From Botryllus schlosseri (lineage: Eukaryota): a stretch of 64,000 nt of DNA. The notes below the pieces were generated by a model that had not been told where the DNA came from, made no database searches, and saw only the letters and a list, made by a program, of their open reading frames with translations. The stretch spans positions 8,742,001-8,806,000 of the forward strand of contig CM119386.1 of NCBI GenBank assembly GCA_051294905.1, given 5' to 3'. Positions 52,001 to 61,000 of the stretch are shown piece by piece. The position numbers were made by a program, and so were the translations under genes. Position 1 is the stretch's first letter. Each line of letters opens with the position of its first letter.

Positions 52001-55000
52001 TACTGAAGTAGAAGTAAAAGTAGCAATTTCCAAGTAAGTATTCTAGGCCTAGTCAGAAGTAGTCCAAAATCATTTCCTCATAAGTAAGTAGTGACAGTTT
52101 AAAAACGTACTTGGAGTACTTTGGAATGTAGAAGCACTTACTCACTGACCACCTCTGGCAGCCTCTGCTGATAATGACATGTTTAGAGTTTAAAAAAAGA
52201 GTCTATTATGATCCGAAGCCTTCGATATCACCCGAGAGTTTCATTGAGGTGAGTTGAACCCAACTTGAACTGGATACTGAACAGTAAACACTATGACTTG
52301 AACCCGTACACGAGTCTTAACACCATGACTCGGACTAAACCAGTTGATCCCTTAATTGACTCGAGTCAAAACTATAGAAGTCAGATGAACTTGTGACTTG
52401 GTTACAACCCTGAAAAAAGCACCCTAGTATGCATGTTTGCGACTAAATTTCTGTACACGACTCCTACACATCAGCTCAAACTTAAACGCAAGTAACGACC
52501 AACAATATTTCTACTGTAGCCAACAGCACACTGCGAACCTGGTGTTACAGTCGTAGACGGTGGCAAGCATTGCACTGACGGCACCAAATGGGCGCATCGG
52601 CCTCTGTGCTTGAAAAAGCCTTCGTTGCAAATGCATCTGTACGGGCAGTTCGAGAGCATGGGACACAGAGACGTGTCTCTCACGCATCCGTACATGCAGT
52701 AGCACGTCTTGTCGCATTCTGTCAGGAAGGAACAAAGGCATAAAGACAAATGTTAATGGAAGATTACAGAAATATGGAATTAAGGATTAGGCGTATAGCA
52801 TAAGTTATTCATTTCGTGCAATAAGCCAAGTGTTATTTCCAACATACGCTCTCCAGCAGGTGTTGTGACGACGCTGGAGCTAGGAGAAGTGGTAGCGGGC
52901 GGTTCAAGAGTAGTCGTGGTAGGCTTGGTAACTGTCACGCATTGCGGGCAACATTCTCCTTCGACCTGAAACAAGAGTGAGAGCAGGAGTGGCCAGCCTT
53001 TTCAGCCAAAGGGCCACATTTGGTTGATGGACTATTGCGCGGGCCACTAGCTGCGCGAAGCGCGAAAATATTTCGAAATTCATAGGTCAATAATATTGTC
53101 ACTTGACTATATTGCGGGCCTGCTGTATATCGCTGGGCTCAGTTTGCAAGGAACGGACTATTCGGCGCCTAGACATATCGATATCGAAAGCTTCGACCAA
53201 CATGCGTCAATCATTTTGTGCCTAGGTTTTATACTTGACGGTGTTTTGCGAGTGCAATCGCAAGGTCGAATATGTTGAACGACACTTTGTCTCGTAATCG
53301 CGAATATGGTTAGACTCAATCTGATACATTAGGCGTTCTTTCATTTTCACATAAGGGTAACAATATTAAAAGCAAGAAATCGAGTAACAACATATTGCGC
53401 GAAGCGTGTAGAAAATTTTTACTTTTGATAAATATATCGCAAATTATTCTGCTTTATTGTAGTGTACAAAGATCTACCAAAATGTGACTGGCTCATGGAT
53501 CTGCCAATGAGTCGAAACTGATATTTTAGTCATCACATCTCAAGCGTTGCGGCCAGACTAATCAAATTTTTGGTCGGCCTTGCAAGTTCACAATCTGTGC
53601 AATTAATTTTTGATAACATTACTAATTTCGGAAATTACCTCGCGGGACACTCAAAACCTTCTCGCTGGCCACGGGTTGGCCGGCCCTGAGTTAGAGCATC
53701 AGAAATCGTTCTACAGAACATTTTGATATAAGCAAATCGCAGTTCAAATGTGAGTATGCCGATGCAAAAAACTCGATTACGACTCCTATTCTGTTACAAA
53801 AAAAGCATTGTTACCAAAATGTGATAAAATTCACAAATTTACAAAGACTGTTATTTAATTTCCCAGCAGTTTGTCGTTAAGTTTGCTGCAATACGGATTA
53901 TGTCAAACTCCACAAAATCATCTCCGCTGTACTCTAACCCAATAGTTCTCAACCTTTTTGACCTTGTGGGCCGGGTAAAACTTCAACACCAACGTTGAGG
54001 ACTGTTGAATCTTTAAAAATCAAAATTAACCCTGGGTTTTATTATAATCCATGTTTGCAAATCAAATTTAAATCTGGAAACAAAAATTAGATTGTACCAT
54101 CGAAGTTTCTGCATGGCAAAGCTCGCGAAATTATCTAACTAAATTGTGATTGTTTAATGTCCTTTGAAAGAAATGCTAAATTAATGGACAAGCATTCTAA
54201 CTTCTTGCATTTTGGAATTGAGATAGAATATTCTGATATAATTGGCAGACCGGCAGGAAACTTTCCATTGAACGGCTGTTGAGAACCACTGCTCCAACTG
54301 AACCCGTTCGTATCCAAGTAAAAGAAACTCTTTCCAAGACACTTCAAAACTGTTTCAAGTGGGAGCAGATAATCAAGGTCCTCAAATTATCCAATAGAAT
54401 TTATAAACCATACATATAGAGCACTGCGAGCTTGCAACATATTATGATACGCCTACCTGTTGCGGTTCTTCATCAATACCACAATCGGGGGTGGCACAGT
54501 CCGGAACACTGCATGTGCTCTCCCCGTTGATACATAGGCACTGGCTGCAACTGTCTTCGGGGTTTGTCCACTTATCGTTTGGCTGGTAAACACACACAAT
54601 ATACAGTCAGAAACTTCTAAATAAAGTTAGTACTACGGATGGGTACACTGATTCGAGTTAATTCCATGGAATAATTCCATGGAGTACTGAAATTACATGT
54701 TCATTGCCACTATGAGTAAATTTATCAATGGCAACTATAGTTGCTATAAATAGTATTAGTGACTGTGGAAGCCTTGAGACTTGGTCGTATTGCAGCATAC
54801 GCAACAAGTAATGCAATGCTACACATGTTGGTGGCAATGTATGTGGTCTAAATCCACCGAATTATCTTCAATGTTATGTAGACCTGGCCTTAATTTTTGT
54901 GGTTGCATAAAAATGTATAATTTATGGTTGCCATATTTTTGAATCGGGAATAGAGGATACTTTTATCAAATCATATAATTTAGATTACGGAAATTGAAAA

Positions 55001-58000
55001 CAGCTGATATGTTATATTTACTGGAAATCTTGTTGTGTTGACTAAGAAAATTAAAAAAAAAGTCATTTCTCAAATCTGACTCCCGCGTGACTCGCCCTCT
55101 ATCTTCTACGCCGAAATTTAACGTCTTTCGTGGTATTTTGGAGCATGTTAGGCTAAAAAGAAGGACAAATTGTCAAAATAGGAGGGAAAACGGGACGAAG
55201 GGAGGAAATTTCTTCAAAAGAGAGGACAAATCCTCCTAAAGGAGGACGTATAGTAACCCTATATAATTGAAATTTCCACATCATTCACACTGTTATGGCG
55301 TTAAAACAAGTGATACACGAATGCTCGAGACACAAAGATAATTACTCAATTCAGGATCAAATCTTTTCAGTCCAAGATTTTACCCAACCCTTGACAGCAC
55401 GATTATATTACCTGATGTTCAACTTCGTTCATGTAACAGGGGCAATCGCCTTTCGGTATGCAGGTCTTGCCGTCGTACACGGTATTCGGGGGACACACAC
55501 AGCCCGGGACACATGCCTCAGTGTTATCGGTGCATTCGTCGGCCATGTGCGGACATGTTTCAATGCAAGCTGTTTTGCATGGGTTGAATTCCATCGGGGA
55601 CGTGCAGATTCTGTAATGAAAATAAGACAATAAGTTATGAAAACAGGTATTCTTTTAAAAATAATAACGACAGCAGTAGTCTACATAGTCATCGTTGGTA
55701 GTTAAGTAGGAGTAGAAGTAATGCCATATATTTCTACTCGAGTACAAGTACAAGTAGTCATTTGCAAGTAACTAAAAGTAAGTATTTGAGGATTCATTTC
55801 CAATTCTCTACTAGTTGTTGACATTGACCCCTGACGAGTGTCAGCCGAAAATATTTGGGTTTATTTCATTATGAATATACTACTCAATTGTGGATTGAAG
55901 TTCTGTACCTCTAAGAAGCTCTTTGACTACTTTGATAAAATAAATGTACTTTGTTACTGACCACCTCTGGATAGCGTGCAAGCACTATTCAGATTTCCAG
56001 ACGGATCACAATTTATATGGCGAAATGATTCTTGAGTTTATATGAGCAGCAGAGATAGCATGGATTTTGATTTGAAAGAAAAAAGGATTAGGATTGAATT
56101 CATATTCATGATTTTTCACGCTGGATTTGGACGTGCAATTTAAAATAATTTACAATTTCCATTATACTTGAATAAAATTTCTTACTGGACATGGACTCGG
56201 ATTTAGACGTCAAACAAACGATACTCACGATTTAGAATTGAACATATAAATTCACTGGTTTGATTGTGGGATGTGTGGCATGCTATTACTCTATTTATAA
56301 AATATTTGAAGAGCTTCTTTGAGGTACAAAACTGCAATTTACAATTGAATAGTATATTCATATTGAAATGAACAAGAATATTTTCGGCTGACACTCGTCA
56401 GGGGTAATCGTCCGCAACCAGTAGAGAATTGGAAAGAACATTGTACATCAACAATCGTATCACAAAATATGACGTCACCAGCATGAAATTTCGAATAATC
56501 GGAGCGAAGACAGCAGTTTTCATTGCATATTTACAAAATGGTTACTGGAATAAATACGAAGAAAATGACGAAATTCACTGTTCCCAGTCACATTATGTAC
56601 ATCTAGATGACGGGTCAACATAGTTTGCATGAAAAGAGCCTCTCTTACACATAGGTAATTACGTTTGTGCCATAAAACAATCACAAAATAGTATCTCACA
56701 ATATGGTAGTCGATTCGGTGGTAGTGACAACAGTAGTCGTCGTCGCTTCTTCGTGCTTGCATTCGCAGCAATCAGAGTCAGGCTCGCGGATCATAACGTA
56801 TCCCGGAGCGCAGCTGTCTTCGCAGTCAACCTGGAAGAAACGTATCTCACCATCAAAACATAGTACAGTTCAGTACTAGCAGTAAGCAAAGCCAAACAAA
56901 TTCAACATCAATGGAAGCTAACAAGGACCTTCTACAAACGTCAGACACATATTTCCAGAGGTGGGTGGTAATGAAGTACTTCTTCTTTTTCAGAGTTCTC
57001 AAGTAGGTTCTGTCTACTTTCACTGTTTACTCGAGGCGGTATGATTTCAAACTATATTCAATTATACTTCAACAGTATGCGAGGTGAAACTACTTGATTC
57101 TTACACTTGATTTTTTGATGAAGAGGAAGCAGTTTTTAAATTTTTTTTCATCACTTTTACGAGTGAATTTATCAAGGGAACGTGAGAAAATGGCCCCCTG
57201 TATTATGGTAACATGTTATACTTGCGAAAAGCACTCTATTTGTAGTGTCAATGATCATTTTCATTTGTCAAGCAGATGCATCTTGACATTTTGAAAGTAG
57301 TCAGCCCACTACTACTACTACTAAAAGTATGAGAAATGTCGTAAAAGTATGAGAAATGTCGAACGAATCTTCTTTTTGAAACTGCTTACTTTGAGTACTT
57401 TGAAGACCTTCGATTTTCTACTTCTACTTGAAGTTGGAAAGCAAAGAACGTTGTTTTTGTCCTTGATATTTTTGCAGCACATGCACTGACTCCTAATAAG
57501 ACATACACACGAGTGTGTATATACAACATGAGTGCATGATGTGCATATGCCGCTTGACAAGGAAGGTGCAGATATAGCCTTGTATGGCTTTCCAAGTCTA
57601 GCACACCCTTCCATGCTATCCCAGTAATGCATGAGCGCCAAGCGGGGAAGTCAAGGATACCAGTGTTATTAATCGGGGCTTTGGTCTGACCCGGTCGAAG
57701 ATCCAACCCCCAACCTACCGACCAAGAAGCCAGACGCTTCACCATTACGCTATCTTGTCAGTTGATGTACTGAAAATTCCTACTTCTACTCATAATAGGA
57801 ATTTATAGCATTACTTCTACTTCAATTTGAGTAGTGATGCTGACTACTTTGAGCAACTCCTCCTGTTTCCAGAATGAAATTTTATTTTAACAAATTTACA
57901 GCATGATGAAACAGTTCTGTACTGACCGCACACGACTGCTTGGTAGTGGTAGATTCCGTTGACACCGTTGAAGTCTTTGAAGGTGATGTCTAAAAGCAAG

Positions 58001-61000
58001 CAGACATTGATAAAAGGCAGTTGTAAGCATATCTCAGATGCAACTCACTGTTTCAGGTGTCGATTGGATAACCTTCACAGTGGTTTTTGTCGGATAGACT
58101 ATCGTCGACTTGGTTGTGACAACGCCTGCAGTCGATTCGGTCTGCCTGCCTGTGGTATGCGAGGACAGAGTCGTTTCTGTAAGCGGTATCGAAGTGCTGG
58201 ATGTCGTGAATTGGCTGGCAGTTGCGGGCGTGGTGGGAGATGTTGCTTCTGTGGTCTCGACGTGCACAGTCGTTGTGGTGACGGCTGTTTCCGGTGTTTG
58301 GCTTGCTGTTTTTGATGTGACGCCGGTCTTGGTAGTTTGCTCTGTCGTGGGGAACACTCGCGATGTGGTGGTGACCACAACGGCGGTTGTAGGCTGGAAA
58401 TTAAATTTAGAATATTGAGTTAGAAAATAAATATATTTCAAAAGACATCACCATCATCATCATCATCATCATCACTTATCAAATCCAAATACCAAAAGTT
58501 TGGGATGTAATGAAAAGATAGGAGGGTGCCGAAGTGACTTAGAGTAGACAATTAACAAGTAATCAAGTATCTTAAACCCAATGTTGCTAAGTTTTAGGCA
58601 TTGTATGCATTTTGTATCTGAGACGGAAAAATGCCATGAAAAATAATTGAAAACGCAAAACCATATATGCTTACAATATTTGCAATTATTTGTTTCGTTT
58701 TTTTCACCGATCTGCATTTTTGAAAAATTGTTTGTCGTAAAAACGTGTTGGGAACCAGTGTAGGTCAAAAGATTACTAGTTGTTTAACGCCATGAGTAGC
58801 ATTGCGTCAACAGCCCTATCGCACCAAAACTTTTACAAATGCGAAACCATCGTAAATGCCATTGGATTACCATGGCAAGAGTAGACCAGAGCAAAAAAAT
58901 TGCATTTAGAAAAGTTTGGGTAATAATACATAACAACTTTCCAATCATATTTGGTCAATGGGCATCAAAGAAAATAACTGCTATTCAGTACTCCTGATAT
59001 TCAGGCTTCAGATAGCCTCTAAATTTACCAAAAATAAACTCTCTCTCTTTCCCTCATTTGACCTGCTAGAGGAAACTTACAGCTATGCTCCCAGGCAGGT
59101 CCGATATTTAGGACAGAAATCAACACTACAAATATTCAATATTAAAAAAAAGATAGGAAAGCGCAATTTATGGGTATACTAACCGTTTCAGTTGAAGCAG
59201 TCGTGGAGCTAGATTCGGAGATAGGAGTGCTTGTTGTTGTGACAGACACCTTTGACGTTGTGCTGATAATCTCTTCGTAACGCGATATGAAGCATCCCTC
59301 GACATCGACAGACATCGCAATTGCCTTGTGGGATGACGCGGGATGAATTCTTAGGTGCTGTAGACGAATGAATGAATTGGCTTATTAATACAGCAATATA
59401 CAACAAAAATACTCCCTGTTAAATATCCAGCGTGTGCATTAAAACATTTACAAAGAATCCCGCTTTAGAGTATATCACGTCATTGTGCCACTACATCAAG
59501 GTATTGAACAAAATTTAGTGACAAATTTTGAAAAATATGTGAGAATAACGAAAATATGCATGCATCAAGTGTGATTATTGGGTCCATATCAAATGATTTA
59601 CGTTAACCGATAAATCATTTACCCAAAATTAATACGTTTTTCGTGTTATATACAGGTGTTGAAAAGCAATCATTTTCCAACATTTTTCATATAATGCTCT
59701 TAAAATCGCTTTAAATAATAATGCGCCATGACTCATTGCATCAATCGTCATATTTTAATATATGTCATATTTCAGAAACGAAAGGATATAATATCCATGC
59801 CACGAGAGTTTCATAGGAGTTGGAAGATGGAGCTTAATATACATAGGTAAAATGAAACACGCCGATTTTTTTATACCTGCGTAGTGACCGGTACGATGGA
59901 TTGTGACACAACACTGGATCCGTCACTGTTACCAGTAAAGGAATCAGATCCGTCCTTGGAGGTCGCATTTGCCCAGGTGTCTGTTTCATTGTCAAGATAT
60001 TGCACCCAGAACGAAGTCACGTATTGTTGTTCAGAGTCTTCTCCCAATCCTCCACGAATGCTAACTGTTGTCACGACAACAGACTCGCTCAGGGTGATTT
60101 CTACGTACGGGTTGGTATCAGTGGATTCCGGCACCCAGCTTTGAGTCTGCTTATCTTCAAATAACTCAGCCAGGTCTGCGAGGTCCTCATTACTGGTCAC
60201 AGTGAATTGTTTTGTCACAGTCACCTCCGAATGGTCGCGCATGATTTCGTTGCATATTTCTGGAAATTTTTGTGCATAATATCAGATTTCAGAAAAACTA
60301 GAGGATTAGTCCATATGCAATATATCTGTTTGAAACCTGGTTGAAAACGATTCTTGCACCCATCAGTTGAATCGACTAAACATTCATTTTGGATTTGGAA
60401 TAATATAGACGCTTCGGGTCGGTTGCATCAATCCAATAATATTCTCTGTCAAAATTTCCTAATTACCCATTATCTTGTCCGCTATGAGATCCTTCCTAAC
60501 TTGAAAAGAGTGTACTGTTTGTCGGATCTCAAAATATGGTAACATAGGTAACATTATATGACTTCATTTTGTATTTTTCAAATTGCAAATTCAGACATTT
60601 CTGGAGCAGGATAGAAATTCTCAAATATACCGACTGGAGACAGCAAACCACGATTCTATGAATAAGCCAATACAAAATTATTTTTATCACTAAATAAGCC
60701 AAGCATTGCTTGTCCTTTTATATTATCTTTTTCAACTTTTCATTCAGTGTGCCTGCCTCCTTATTTTTACATCGCCAGGTCTAGCGGGTGTTTGCTTTCA
60801 AAGACAACTGCAAGTCGTTTCGACACCTTCCTATCTTTTCATTGTATCGCGGTCTTGTGGTGTATCGAAAAGATGAAATCATTAATAATACATTGATAGA
60901 TTGAAAAGCAGTGGATTTTTTACGATTGCACAGTGTCATATTCTCAAATTCAATGTAAATTCAACAATCGACACAAGAAACGGGGATGGTGAGCTTACCG

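Larger units (their letters stand above)
14620..57860. repeat. Dispersed AGAGGTGGTCAGTAAC / GTAGAAGTAG-rich transposon-like family; degenerate copies near 14620-14826, 25975-26150, 27875-28070, 33237-33500, 38020-38210, 39270-39430, 45200-45420, 52000-52157, 55670-55968, 56957-57860
   Basis: Recurrent terminal motif (C)AGAGGTGGTCAGTAA or TTACTGACCACCTCTG, with AAGTAG/CTACTT-rich bodies. Confidence 0.6.

Noticed and set aside
58446-58474. (CAT)n microsatellite
   Set aside because: Ordinary short intronic microsatellite
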